Assembly: GCF_963921235.1 (NCBI RefSeq)
Contig: NC_086118.1
Location: 21,640,001 to 21,704,000 of the forward strand
DNA: 64,000 nt
Direction of reading: 5' to 3'
From: Mobula hypostoma
Taxonomy: Eukaryota
A model generated the notes under the pieces. The model did not search any database and was not told the origin of the DNA. It saw only the letters and a program-made list of their open reading frames with translations. The translations under genes and the position numbers were made by a program. The stretch's first letter is position 1; the number at the start of each line of letters is the position of its first letter. Below, in pieces: positions 38,100 to 51,720 of the stretch.

Positions 38100-39169
38100 C
38101 AAGAAAAGACTGCACCAAGCTGGGTGTTCAATGAGTATGCAAAAGACAATAAACTTCACAAATACAAAAAGGAAGAAATAATAATATTGATAAATAAACA
38201 ATAAAATTGAGAACATGAGATAAAGAGTCCTTGAAAGTGAGTCCATAGGTTGTGGGAACATTTCAATGATGGGGCAAAGGGAATTGAGTGAAGTTATCCC
38301 CTTTGGTTCAAGTGCCTGCTGGCTGGGCGGGGGGTCGGTAGTAACTGTTCCAGTGCCTTGTAGTGTGAGTTCTGAAGCTCCTGTACCTCCTGCCTGATGG
38401 CAGCAGTGAAAAGAGGGCATGTCCAGGGTCCGTGATGATGGATGCTGCTTTGCTCAACAATGCTCCGTGTAGATGTGATCAATGGTGTGGAGGGCTTTAC
38501 CCGTGATGGACTGGGCCATATCCACTACTTTCTGTAGGATTTTCTGTTCAAGGGCATTGATGCTTCCCATACTGGTTGTGACACACCCAGTCAATATGCT
38601 CTCCACTACACACCTGTAGAAGTTTGTCCAAGTGCTAGATGTCATGCCGGATCTTCACAAACTCCCAAGGAAATAGAGGCACTGTTGTTCTTTCTTCACA
38701 ATTGCAGTTAAGTGCTGGGCCCAGGACAGGACCCCTCAAATAATAATAGCAAAGATTTAAAGATTCTGATCCTCCCTATCTCTGATCCTCCAATGAGGAC
38801 TGGCTCATGAATGTCTGGTTTCCTTCTTCTGAAGTCAATAACCAGCTCCTTAGTCTTGCTGACATCGAGTAGGAAGTTATTGTTGTGGTATCACTCATCT
38901 GGATTTTCAATCTCTCTCCTATATGCTTTACGCTCCCACCTTTGATCCGGCCAACAATGCTGGTGTGAGTCAGCAAACTTGAATATGGCATTGGAGCCGT
39001 GCTTAGCCAAACAGTCATAAGAGTAAAGCGAGAAGAGCAGGGGACTAAGCACACAGCTTTATGGTGCACCTGGGCTGATGATGCTGCATGCATTCTGAAT
39101 TATATTTTATTAACTTATTTGTAGTATCAGATGGCAAAAAACTTGACCTTGAACCTTGAACCATTTGTT

Positions 39170-39650
39170 GACTCTGGGCCAGTACTCACTGGCATTTAGA
39201 AGAATAGGGGAGGGAATTGAATTCTACTGAATATTCTAATTGAATTCTACTGAATATTGAAAGACTTAGTGTAAATAGGGAGAGGATGTCTCCAATACTG
39301 GTAGACTCCAGGACCACAGGGCATAGCCTCAGAATAGAAGGACATCCCTTTAAAACAGAGTTGAGTAGGAAATTCTTTAGCCAGAGTGTGGTGAGTCTGT
39401 GGAGTTCATTGCCACAGGTGGCTGTGGAGACCATGCCATTAGATATATTCAAAGCGGAGATTGATGTTCTTGATTAGTAATGGTGTCAAAGGTTATAGGG
39501 AGAAGGCGTGAGAGTAGAATTGAGAGGAAAAATAAATATGATTAAGTGGTAGAGCAGATTTGATGGGCCAAATGGTCTAATTCTAATATAGCTTCTCATG
39601 AATTTCTTGTCTTGATAATTCTGCTCCTATGTTACTGTATATGGTCTTAA
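39170..39650 (+). mobile_element. CR1 LINE 3' end
   Basis: RTTGHSLRIEG...FFSQSVVSLWSSLP motif and CR1 tail. Confidence 0.8.
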
Positions 39651-40729
39651 GAAATACAATGCCTTGCACTAATTTCAGGTAAATTCTATCTGCTGTTCCT
39701 TGGCCAATAGTTTCCTTGTTCATCTGAATCCTGTTGCAATCCTAGTTATTGTTCTTCATTGTCCACTACACCTCCAATTTGGGTATTATATAAATACTAA
39801 CTAATCATGTTAACAACATTGTCAGATCTCTACTGTGGTCAGCTAACCTACTGCTGTTCCCTGTCAAAGCACAGTGAATAACTATCTTGAGGACCTTCTT
39901 ATCCCATTAGCCTAGAAGTTACACCACCATAAAGAATTTAGCCAGAGGAGGGAATGAAAGAAATTAGAAAGAAACAGTTGCTTGTTGAACCAGAAGTAAT
40001 TTTCTGTTTGTATTTCATTTTCCAATAATGTACATTTGTAGCAAGAGAAATGAAAGCAACAAAGCTGTGTAATTATTGATTTTACCTTTGTGTCTTGCTT
40101 TGTACACATAAATGCAGTAAATCAGTCTTTTGGCTGGTTGCCATGGTGATATCAGCCATTTAATGCAATGTTATTGAAACAGAACTTTTGTCCTCTTGGG
40201 CAACAATATGACCTTAAACAGAAGGTATCATGTGTTACGCTCATCTCTCAGTCCATCAATCAAAGAAGATTAACTTTGACCCCAAGGTCAAATAAGTTGG
40301 GCTCCACTGGTCTAAGATCATTGTCTTCCTGGGTATGGCACTTATCACCTAGTTCAAAACAGATCTGGGACACTTGCTGATTTAATTATCCCTGGCTCTG
40401 TTTTGAGAAGATCATTAAACAGTTAGTCTCCAAGGACATCCTGCAAAAGCTATAGTAAATGTAATGCTTTCTGATCATTTGGTAGTCTCTCTGGATTAGG
40501 TATTATGAATTTTTTTGAGGCCTTAAAAGACTGTTAATTACAAATGTTTCCTACTGTTAATGATGAGAAATTGACAAGAGATAATAACCAATATATAAGG
40601 AATGCTTACAGTTAAAAGAGCAGTCAACAATGATTCACTTCTGTAAAACTTTGCTGTGAAGGTGCTTAATACCACCCCTCACTCAGGTAATTATATAGGC
40701 ATGAATTGTACTCTAGGATTGCAGACTAT

Positions 40730-41710
40730 GGCTACGTCCACACTATGCCGAATAATTTTGAAAACAAAGCTTTTTCTTTTCGTTTTGACTCTCTGTCCAC
40801 ACTAAAACAGCATTTTCATCCCCCGAAAACGGAGATTTTCAGAAACGGTCTCCAGAGTGAATAAATCTCAAAACGCCTAATATCCGTTGCAGTGTATATG
40901 GGGTAACCAGAGCTTTTTAAAACTGCTGTCATGACGTGCCGGAACAAGATGGTGGCAGCCCGGCAATTCTTATGTTTTCTTTTTCTTCTTAATATTATTA
41001 CTACTTTATTCTGGCCAAACAATTGATAACAGAGTGTACAATCATCACGGCGATTTTTGATTCTGCGCTTCGCAGAACCTAACAATTTCAGAACAAACGG
41101 CAATGAGACTGAAGCCAGAAGAGTTAGAAATGTACTCACCAAATACTTTGACCCATAGCTTACTGAATAAGTAAGTATACTCGCTTTGCCCTGTTTTCTG
41201 TCCTTGCTTGTATGAAGGTGGTTTACCTATTTATGCACGTAGTTCTCTGACAATAAATGTGTAACAGCCTAATGTAACATTGTATTGAAATACAAGATAA
41301 CACTGATGCAGACATGTTTTATACATTTAACAAGGTGCTTTATTAATGCAAGAGTTAGTCAGTTTTTCAATATTTGTCATCAGCCGGGTCATACTGTCCG
41401 TGAACTCCCTGTCGGTTGCCTCCATACGCTCCAGTATTTGTTTTTTTTAGTTTTAAATCCTCCTGCGCGAGAGCCAAGAGCAATTCCTTTTAAGTTTTTC
41501 TGCTCTGTAACTGGACAAATGTGCACTAAGTATACCGTTTTCTCTTCGCTTGTTTTCTGTGTGTCCTGTACGTGCCCAGTAGAGGAGATTCGCCCAAATA
41601 TCCGCGTTAGCGTGGACAGAGTTATTTTGAAAAATGCTTAGTATGTACGCCTGTCGTTTTTACTCGAAACCGGCATTTTCAAAATTATCCGGTGTAGTGT
41701 GGACGTAGCC
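40730..41710. mobile_element. Non-autonomous PIF/Harbinger-type DNA transposon
   Basis: TIRs GGCTACGTCCACACTA / TAGTGTGGACGTAGCC with longer subterminal inverted similarity; 3-bp TSD TAT. Confidence 0.88.
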
Positions 41711-41857
41711 TATGTTGAAGAGGGAGCCAGATAACTGTTCTAGTGGCCTTTGATGCAGTGATTGTTACATTGCATCAAATTAGGCCATGAAATAATCAAA
41801 GCGTAAAACAATATGTGCTCAAGCAAGAGCTTGTCCTAATCATAAATACGTAACGTA

Positions 41858-42834
41858 GACACAAGAAGTACTGCAGATGCTGGAAATCTGGAGTGATACA
41901 CACAATGTGCTGGAGGAGCTCAGCAGGTCAGGCAGCATCTATGGATGGGAATAAACAAGCGTTTTTGGCCAAGACTCTTCAAAGGATCAAAGGTTTAAAG
42001 CTTCATTTATTATCAAAGTATACAACTCTGAAATTCTTCAATTTTCTGGGTAGTCATGAAACCAAGAAAGAAAAGAAAGGCAGCACAATCATCAACATCC
42101 CATATCCCATGTCCAGCACAAAAAAACAAACAAAATGGATCAGGCACTTCAACCCCCAAATCCCTCCTCCCTCAAATAAAGTGAACAAAATGGATCAGCA
42201 CATCGACTCCCAAATCCCTCTTCCTGCACAAGAAAAACAAACGAAACAGATCAGGCACATCGACCCCCAAATCCCTCTTCCTGCACAAAAAAAACCAAGA
42301 AGATCGGACCAAAAACCCCATAGAATATAAAAACTATAAGACTGAAAAAAAGAGTCTATATTCCAAAGTCTAAATCCAAAATGCAGAAAAAACCTGGATA
42401 ACACTATCTGCAGCAGTAGGCTCCTCCTCTCCAGTACAGAGCAACTGATCAAAAAGGCAAATAGTCTTTTTACCTTACCCTCTGCACTCGCTTTGATGTT
42501 TCAATCTCCCTCATCGCTTTAATCGGCGAAGGAATGGAAGCTCTATTCAGTGAAGTGGGGTCAAAGATCAGCTCACACGTCATCCTGCAGTCTTCCCACC
42601 ACGAGGTTCGCTCACGCTGCCTCTGCCTGTCGGAGACGGCAGAGTGCTGAAGCACCCAAACGATCTCCAAACAGCAAAACACAGGCTCCAACAGTTCCAG
42701 AATCACATTCAAGATGAGAAACAAATGTAAAAGGCATAAAAGAAGTGGAAAAAAATGGCTTCATGATTTATCCAGAAGATGTTGACCAAAGGAGTATTGT
42801 ACACAGGTGTCTTCTTAACCGGAAGTCATCAGGA
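41858..42834 (-). mobile_element. Penelope-like terminus interrupted in its hammerhead core by a ~850-bp non-coding retroposon
   Basis: ...ccaagactcttc at ~41980 resumes as tcatcagga at 42826; the insert has a (CAAAG)-type tail and a ~57-bp internal tandem repeat at ~42120-42295. Confidence 0.65.
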
Positions 42835-45116
42835 TATCTTCATTAGGATATGTAACATATTTCAATCCTCGTCTGTGGTGATGTTGATCAGCTATCACCC
42901 TGCTAAGAAATTCCATTTGATTACACTGCATGGATTGTCTGGATGGGAGGCAAAACAAAAGCTTTCCACTGTAACTCGATATTCGTGACAACGATGACTG
43001 ATCTGTATCCTATAGCATTTGAATCACTCTCCAGAGAACTCAATTGTTTTCTGCTCACTCTGCATTTGGCCTGGATGGAGAGCTGACTAGTATTTCTTAG
43101 AGAAAGACCCCATAAAATAAGGAAAAAAATCAGGTTGTCTTTGCTTTTGTACTATTAATTGACAGTTCTGTGATATCATGTTCCCTCTTATTATTCACAA
43201 TATAGATGGAGGCCACTAAGTTATGCCTGCTCTCAGAGCAATCCGATCAACCTCATGACCTGAACTATTTCCTACAACTGATTCTCTCCTACCACAGTCA
43301 TTCTCCTTCTATCCACAGTGACCAATTGACCTGTCAAACAGCACACCTTTGGGATGTGGGAGGGTTCCCAGCAGCTGATGAAAACCAGCCTAATGAGAGG
43401 GAGAATGTTCAAGGTCTATACTATTAGTACAAGATCAGGATCAAACCTAGGTCACTGGAACTGTGAGACAGCAGCAAAACCACTGCATTTTTTTTGAATT
43501 AAGCCTTTTTCAACTTAGTAGAACATAAAACAGCTGCTATTTGAAATTATGTCATTAAATTTTCAATAAAACACAGCTGTCGCTGAATAACATAAACATT
43601 CTATAGCTTCATTCACAGTCTTGTTCACAATCATGCTGTTTCCCCTGTATCGAGTCTACAGGCTACCAGTCCTGGTCATTCATCAGTCCCCTGTCAGTTG
43701 ACCTGTTTTGGCTTCTAACCCAGCACCTCAACGTCCTAATTCTTACCTCATGTTCATATTTCCCCATGGTCTTGTCCATGCCCATGTCTGTAACCCAGCC
43801 AAAATTTTTCAAAAATATTCATGTATGATTTCTTTTCTTCTGCTATTGACCACTGTGCTATTAGATGTCTAATCTCTGAGCTTCTCACCCCTTAACCATA
43901 AGTCCTTCCTTGAACTTCAGCGCATATTTTGAGGAGGCTTTAGTCATTTACAGTATATGGACTTCTTGATGCATGGAATTCCATTATTTTTATGTTTTTT
44001 TTAATGAAGCCCACCCAAATGAGATAATGCTCATAATATACTTCTGGTGGGATTTTGCACCAAATTACTTTTTGAAATAACTATGGCTATCCAGAAGAAT
44101 TAGACTTTAATAATGCTGAAGGCTCAAAATGAACATAGTTTGAAAGGTCAGACGCATCTCTTCTTCAATATGAGACTTCTTCTCTATCACTTCTTCTTCA
44201 ATTCAAGTATGCTGCTCGATTCTCTGCAAGACAGCATTCAAGTTGTCCCAATCAAAATCTCAGTCACCACTAGATGGGTTTTGGTAAACGTAGTGAGTAG
44301 ATATAGCAGAAGAAATTTCACAGAAAGTGGGATATTTCATGCTCATTATATGAGAAGTAAGTAGGAAACAGGATAAGGATGTCTTTCAACATAGGTGGTA
44401 CGACAATCCTTCACCAGAAGCCATTCACTAATCACATTGTCTGTATGCTTGTTGAAGGTTGTCCTTACTGGTAACACTGGAAAACATCAAGTACTATTAC
44501 AACTGTGCTATTGATCTTAAAGTCAAAGTCAGGTCAGCTTCCCTCTCAGAAACCTGGCAGTAAGATGCTTGCAGGTAGTGCTTTCAGAGGTATATCCCAT
44601 ATAATAATTTTCTGCTCATTGCTTCTTTTAAGAAGTGGAGATCTTTCAAAAAATTACCCGAGAAGAGATATTTAACTGTAGTGCAGAGCTCTCAAATTTA
44701 ATGCATTTAATAAGGGCACTCATGTCCATATGACACTGCTCTGACTATGCCCTATCATGAATGCTCTTTGTACCAGTAACTTTGCCTTGTTCTCCAGAAT
44801 CTTGTGTTAGGTCTCCTTCCTCTCCATTCTCAGAGAGAAATCTAAGCCCTTCTCACAATTACACTCATTCCTCATGCCAGTTACGTAATGGTGTGATGTT
44901 TGGGGCAGCTTCATGCACTTGCGAGTAAATGTCACAATAACAAAATTACTTGAATGTACCAGAGACCAAGTTCAACATATTTTGTTGAATGATCATTAGA
45001 AATCCAAATGCTTTTTATTAAAGTTTATTGTGGAACTAATATTGTGGAACCGATGAATGCACAATATGGGTTAAGAATACCATTATAAAGAGTTCTCTTT
45101 TATTGTTCTAGTAGTA

Positions 45117-45195
45117 CAGAGGTTCTCAGCCTGGGGTGCATGGACCCCTCAGTTAATGGTAGGGATTCATGGCATAAAAAGTTTGGGAACCCTTA
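45117..45195. mobile_element. Very short hAT-like MITE next to a tRNA SINE head (SINE continues to ~45330)
   Basis: Imperfect TIRs cagaggttctcagcct / agtttgggaaccctta; TSD not clean. Confidence 0.45.
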
Positions 45196-45544
45196 TGGTA
45201 GAGGAACTGCCTCACAGCACTGGAGACCCAGGTTTAATCTTGACTTCAGGTGTGATCTGTATGGAGTTTGCACATTCTCCTTATGACAATGTAGGTTTCC
45301 TCCAGGTGGTTCTAGTTTCATCTCAATATCAGCTTATTGAATATCCCAGGAGTATAAAGATATCCATGAGCCCCTGGTGATGACAGCAACTATTCAAAAA
45401 CTTGTGGGACTAACAGCTCTAAAATTTCTTGTTCGTAAAGGAGTTGTATGTGGTTAAGATTAAGTTCACAAATATAAAGAGTTTGAGATTTTTTTTGATA
45501 TTCTTTTTCAGAATTTGCTTATTGCTGGCAAAAGCCACATTTGT

Positions 45545-46575
45545 GAAGCTCAGCTCCAGTGCCATATTTAAGTTTGCTGATGACACCACTGTCAATGGCT
45601 GAATGAAAGGTGGTGATAAATCAGCATATAGGAGGGAGATTGAAAATCTGCCCGAGTTGTGCCACAATAACAACTTTTCACTCAATGTCAGCAAGACCAA
45701 GGAGCTGATTATTGACTTCAGAAGGAGAAATTTGGAAGTCCATGAGCCAGTCCTTATTAAAGATTCAGAGGGGGAGAGGGTCAGCAACTTTAAATTCCTC
45801 AGTGTTATCATTTCAGTGGACCTGTCTTGGGCACAGAACATAAGGGCAATCACAGAGAACGCACAACAGTGCCTCTGCTACCTTAGGAGTTCGTAAAGAT
45901 TCGGCATGACATCTAAAACTTTGACAAACTTCTATAGATGTGTGGTGGAGAGAATTTTGACTGGCTGCATCATAGCCTGGTATGGAAACACCACTGCCCT
46001 TGAACGGCAAATCCTACAAAAGTAGTGGATATGGCCCAGTCCATCACAGGTAAAGCCTTCCCACCATCGATCATATCTACACGGAGCGTTGTTGCAGCAA
46101 AGCAGCGTCCATTATCAGGGACCTCCACCACTCAGGTCATGCTCCCTTTTCACTGCTGCATCAGGAAGAAGGTACAGGAGCCTCAGGACTCACACCACCA
46201 GGTTCAGGAACAGTTATTACCCCTCAACCATCAGGGTCCTGAAACAGAGAGGATAATCTCACTCAACTTCACTTGCCCCATCCACTGAAATGTTCCCACA
46301 ACCTATGGACTCACCTTCAAGGACTCTTCATCTCATGTTCTTGGTAGTTATTGCTTAATTATGTTGTTGTTATTATTATTTTTATTTCTTTCCCTTTCAC
46401 AGTTTGATATCTTTTGCACACAGGTAGAATGCCCAAGTTGATATGGTCTTTCATTGATTCTGTTGTGGTCATTATTTCACAGATTTATTGAGTATGCTCA
46501 CAAGGAAATGATTTTCAGTGCTGTATATGGTGACGTATATGTACTTTTGATAATAAATCTACTTTGAACTTTGAT
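45545..46575 (+). mobile_element. Rex/Babar-type LINE 3' kilobase
   Basis: FKFADDTT, LNVSKTKELIIDFRR, FKFLSV; tail aataaatctactttgaactttga. Confidence 0.88.
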
Positions 46576-46809
46576 TTATTTCCCATCTCTAATTGCTCTT
46601 GAAAGGAAGGTTAAATTATTACTAATCTTTCTTTATCTTGAGCTACTGCTGGTGTGTGGTTGTGGGGAACAATAATAACAGCGGTGCATAGTAGATAAAA
46701 TGGTTGCGATCCAATTAGCATTTGTATGTGGCAGGGTGGGAGTCATACTTCCAGCAGATGTGAGGCAATGAGAATAGAAGCTGATGTAAAGGAGAAACAA
46801 AAACCTTTC

Positions 46810-47140
46810 TAAGTTTAAGTTTAAATGTCATTCAGTCATACTTGAATACCCATGTATACGGCCAAACAAAACAGCATTACTCTGGGACAAGGTGCAAAAC
46901 TTAGCACCATTAGTCATACACAGCCCAAGGGACATACAGTAATATAAAATAACAGTAAAATACAGTAACACAAAAATTATAATCCAAGACCCTGAATCCA
47001 TGAATGTTGCTGCAGTCTGCGGTCGGACACAATATGGCTTGTCTTCTGCTGAGCGAACACTAGGGATCAGCACCAACTCCAGCTTGGATGCCACACCGCA
47101 CCGTCCCTGGCACCCCGTTGAAATACAACACAGCAAAAAA
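46810..47140 (-). mobile_element. Retroposon 3' tail
   Basis: (AAGTTT)n tail followed by a LINE-3'UTR-like sequence. Confidence 0.4.
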
Positions 47141-48324
47141 AATGTAGTGAAGCCAACTGTATGTTAATAACAGAATGAGGATCAGCAAATAAAATATGAT
47201 ATGGCAATGATAAAGTAACCTCTCAGTATTGCTTAAAGATAAATACTTATTTTGTAAAGCAGGCACAAATCTATTAAAGTAAGCTTGAAGTAAATATTCA
47301 TAGAAATCTATTTTTATGGGCTACTGGTTATAGTACCAATTGATATGCATCTAGAAAAACCTGGTCCTGTCACACCTCTGGAGCTAGGTCTCTGTTGGTA
47401 CATGGGAAGGATACAGGCTAGAAATACAGGTTTACCTAGAGAGACAGAAATGCCAATGCCCAGTACAGCATTTAGGGTACCTCAATAGTAACAGTGGACC
47501 CAGGACTGTAAATTTTGGCTGGTTCTGGTTCTAGGTAGTAATCCAGAGGTTATCATTGTGCTCTGTTATTGGACTCAATAAAACCGGTAAATGCATGGAG
47601 TCCTATACCAGAGAAGAGGTCCCTAGGGCAGGGAATCTCAACTGGCTCATGTATTTACCAGGTTTATTGAATCCATGCAGAGTCCAACAGCAGTGCACAA
47701 CCACGAAAGCAAAGGCCTTTGTTAGACCCTTCTTTTAGTCCAAAATATTCTTAAATATTCTAGTCACCTAATAGAATTTCTGGATTCTAGGAGTAGTGAT
47801 GATAACACTCATGGAAATCAATCTGGTATTTTCTTTGCAGATGTGCTGGACTTTATAGTTATACTGCAGCAGGGGAACTGGCATTCAGCCCATCTAGTGT
47901 ATGCCAAACTATTATTCAGCCTATCCTATCAACCTGCACTTTGACCATAGCCCTCCATATCACTCCCATCCTGTACCTATCCAATTTTTTCTTAAATGTT
48001 GAAAACTAGCACATTCTTACCATCCTCTGTCCCCCTCATGTTCCCCTTAAACATTTCACCTTCCACCCTTAACCCATGACCTCCAGTTCTAGCCTCCTAA
48101 ACCTTGACCTGTAGTTCTAGTCTTAGATCTGATCCATGAAATCTCACAACTGCCATAGTTCATGTGATTAAATACCTCTTCAAAGATTTTGCATATTGTT
48201 GAAAATCTGTTTTAATATCTTTCCATGCCTTCAAGATCAACAGGAGATCAAACAAAAGTTGGCAGATTTATACCATCTCATAAGAACATTGTCATTTTTT
48301 GTTTATTGATCTGGAATAGGTTCC

Positions 48325-48917
48325 TTAAGGTTGTTGTGGCTGGAGGTGGTAGCAGGGATAAGCGCCCACTAACTATTAAATGCTTCCAATGGCATGCGCC
48401 TCAAAAAGCCTTTGACAACCAAGTCCAGTTCCTGGTTTTCATGTGTGGTTTAGTACACGTGAAAACCTATTTAGTAGCGGAACCATTTTTACTGACAGGA
48501 GAAGAGACAAAGGCAGGTTACTGGCATCTAAAAACCAATTGCTTCAAGGAGATGGGGCTCAGCAGCCATGGCTGGCAGCTCATCTAGGGAAGGAAAACTG
48601 ATCTCAAACCTCCACTGCTTTGTGACTATACCCACTCATGGGGAAGGACTTGGGACTAAACCCTGAGGGAAAAATCCGGAGCTGGATTCCCTAAGGCAGC
48701 CCTAAGATGAGTTCAACGCTGACTGGCAACTCCTGTGACACTGCTGGTGCCAAACTGTATTTGTCTCTGCCGTTCCTTTGGGTCCATCAGATGCATGGAG
48801 AAGGGGAGCTTGCTACATGGGCAACAGCTTGCTCTCCATATTGTACTGCCCTGGCTTTGTGTATCCAGACAGCTAGGACTCAACATTCATGGTCAGCCCT
48901 GACCAACGGAGGCCTCA
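48325..48917 (+). mobile_element. Possible RTE-derived non-autonomous retroposon
   Basis: Contains cagctcatctagggaaggaaaactgatctcaaacc, resembling RTE 5' UTRs as recalled; no ORF. Confidence 0.4.
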
Positions 48918-49441
48918 GATCAGGATCAGCATGGTACAACAAGTTGTTGAAATAATCAATTATGACCTGTTATCAGCTTGAACAACAAAATTATCAAGTA
49001 AATAAAGCCCTTACAGACTACATTGCCTCATTTACTTGAACCCAATATGCTTTCTATCACTGGATGATGAGACCTTTTGTTTTATATACAAAAAAATGCA
49101 ATTTTTACTTACAAAGCTGGAGCCTGACAAAAAGCTGGCTTCTTCCACCTCTGCTTCAGTGGCTAAATCATGACCTAGTCTTTTAGATTTATGAACTTAA
49201 GCAAACCCTGCAGAACTGAAATATAAATTTCCTTCTCGCGAATGTGGGTTCTTCCACTACCAATTGACTAAAGACGAGATGTAATTTCTATCACTTATTT
49301 TTCATCACTGCTTTGGGCAAATATCATCCACCTAATCTGACACCAGGACCAGGACCAGGCAACAGTGAATATCATGTCAGTAACAGTCTTTAACATTAAA
49401 AGAGTTCACACTGCTTTTTAGCACAGAGTGCATTCCACGTT

Positions 49442-50443
49442 GGCTGCGTCCACACTAGACTGGATAAATCCGTAACCAAAGCTTTTTCTCTTCGTGTTGA
49501 TCCTCCGTCCACACTGAAACGGCGTTTTCCTCCCCCGAAAACAGAGATTTTCAGAAACACCCTCCAGTGTGAATAAATCTGAGAACGCCTAATATCCGGC
49601 GTGGTGTGTAGGGGGTAACCGGCTATTTTTAAAACCGCTGTCATGACGTGCCGGAACAAATGGTGACGGCAGCTTGGCATTTCATTCTTTTCTTGAACGC
49701 AACCTCCAACACCACAACAATATTTGGTAATAGATGTGTAACAACCTAGTGTAACATTGTATGGAAATACAAGATAACACTGATGCAGACATGTTTTATA
49801 CATTTAACAAGATACTTTATTAATGTATTGCCTGTGCAAACATTCAATAGATGCAATTGTCACTTTTGCCCAATAACTTAGTTTTATTGCACATGTTAAA
49901 TACAGCAAAATAATACACAAAGACATGGCAAAAGTAAAGGCAAACAAATGAGGTAACAGCAAATTTCACTTTTGCCCAGTAACAAGCCTTATTGCATTTA
50001 GTTGTAGCTGTCGTCCCTTTCATCGATGAAGAGACTATGGCTGTAGGAAACATCTCTGGACAAATGCGCACCAAGTATACCGTTTCCTCTTCGCTTGTTT
50101 TCTGTGTGTCCTGCGTATGCCCAGTAGGAGGAGACTCGCCCAAATATCTGTTTTAATATGGACAGAGGTATTTTTAAAAATTCCTGGTGTGGACGCCTGT
50201 CGTTTTTACGCGAAACTGGCGTTTTCAAAATTATCTGGTCTAGTGTGGACTTTATACTTTATACAAACAATTGATACTAGAGCGTACAATCATCACAGCA
50301 ATATTTGATTCTGCGCTTTACACTCCCTGGAGTACAAATTGATAGTAAATATTAAAAATTTAAATTATAAATCATAAATAGAAAACAGAAAAGGGAAAGT
50401 AAGGTAGTGCAAAAAAAACTGAGAGGCAGGTCCCGACGTAGCC
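49442..50443. mobile_element. Second copy of the Harbinger-type element; right TIR split by a retroposon tail at 50251-50434
   Basis: GGCTGCGTCCACACTAG ... CTAGTGTGGAC [insert] GACGTAGCC; extensive similarity to 40730-41710; TSD not preserved. Confidence 0.85.
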
Positions 50444-51499
50444 TTAGTTAAATCCTTTTGCTCTTATAAGCACAACTGCATGTTTCTTTGATATTCTTTA
50501 CTATTTTCTTTGTTCTTGGCTATGATTGAGCAGTCAAGAGCAGTGGTTAGTGTAACATGATTACAGCCTCAGTGACCCATGTTCAATCCCACCACAGTCT
50601 ATAAGAAGTTTGTGCGTTCTATCTCTGACTTCATAGGCTTCCTTCGGTTTCCTTCCATATTCCAAAGACTTAGCTCGTTCTGCCTGAACAGCATTTTACC
50701 ATTCTGTATCTCTAAAATGAGATAAAATAAACATAACATTTTTCTAATGCATTTTGTACATATTATAGTGGATCTAACTATTGAGAATGGAATATTCTTT
50801 TCTTTGAGCACTTAATATTGATATCACATTTCCCAAGAGATATATAGTCATGTTCGGTTTCAGGTTAAAACTTCCTCTGCAGTGCCTCAGGCCTGTTCCT
50901 TCATCTGTCTTGGCATTGTTCGATGCCTTAAAATGAAGATGTTATTACTCCAACATGGGGAAGCATGCTGCGATTTGCATCATTTACTGTTCACTGGATA
51001 ATTGCTCGGTGATGAATTGGAACACATTAGAATTCAAACCTCAAGTTATGTGAAAGACCCTGAATGGCCATATGGATGTGATCCGTACAGCAAGGAATTT
51101 CTCTGTGGCTTTCCAACCCTGAATTAAACGCTATGAGCTGCCAATGACTCCACAACAATCCACTGACTGACTGATAGTCCATGCAAAGGGCACAGGTGCA
51201 GATTAAATCCCTGATGTTCAGAGCTGATTTCCTGTGCATGCTACATTCCAAGTGCTGTATCTATTTATGTGAATCGGCTTCACAACATATCTCCAGCTGA
51301 GCCCTGCATGGGGTCAAAATCACTCTCCTGCACTGTATCCAATCTCTGTCATTACCCATTTGAAGTGAGCAAGCGGTGGATGTGAATAATTAATTACTTG
51401 TGCAATCATTGAATCAATTAATAATTAATAATTTATTATTATCTTCATATTAAAGCATCGCATTGCTTCTCAGTTCATTGTCCCTCCCCACCCACTCGA

Positions 51500-51720
51500 C
51501 TTCTCTCTCTCCTGTTCCACCTATCACCTGCCAGCTTGTACTCCTTCTCCTCCTCCTCCCTTATTCTGGCTTCTTGCCTCTTCCTTTACAGTCTCGATGA
51601 AGGGTCTTGGCTGAAAATGTCGCCTGCTTATTCCCTCCATAGATGCTGTCTGACCTACAGCTTTCCGCCAGTAGTTTTTGTGTTGCTCTGGATTTCCGGC
51701 ATCTGCAGAATCTCTAGTTT
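51500..51720 (+). mobile_element. Degenerate Penelope-like terminus
   Basis: cagtctcgatgaagggtcttggctgaaaatgtcg...gcatctgcagaatctc. Confidence 0.7.

Larger units (their letters stand above)
37416..39070 (-). mobile_element. Rex/Babar-type LINE 3' part with nested Penelope-like insertion
   Basis: TNFYRCVVESILTGC motif; (TTCAAAG)n tail at ~37415-37428. Confidence 0.8.

Noticed and set aside
42120..42295. CRISPR-like repeat-spacer pattern
   Set aside because: It is a degenerate tandem repeat with no unique spacers, in eukaryotic DNA with no cas genes.
41893..42330. 145-aa ORF with repeated HIDPQIPLPAQ
   Set aside because: It spans a junction of two repeats and translates a ~57-bp tandem repeat.
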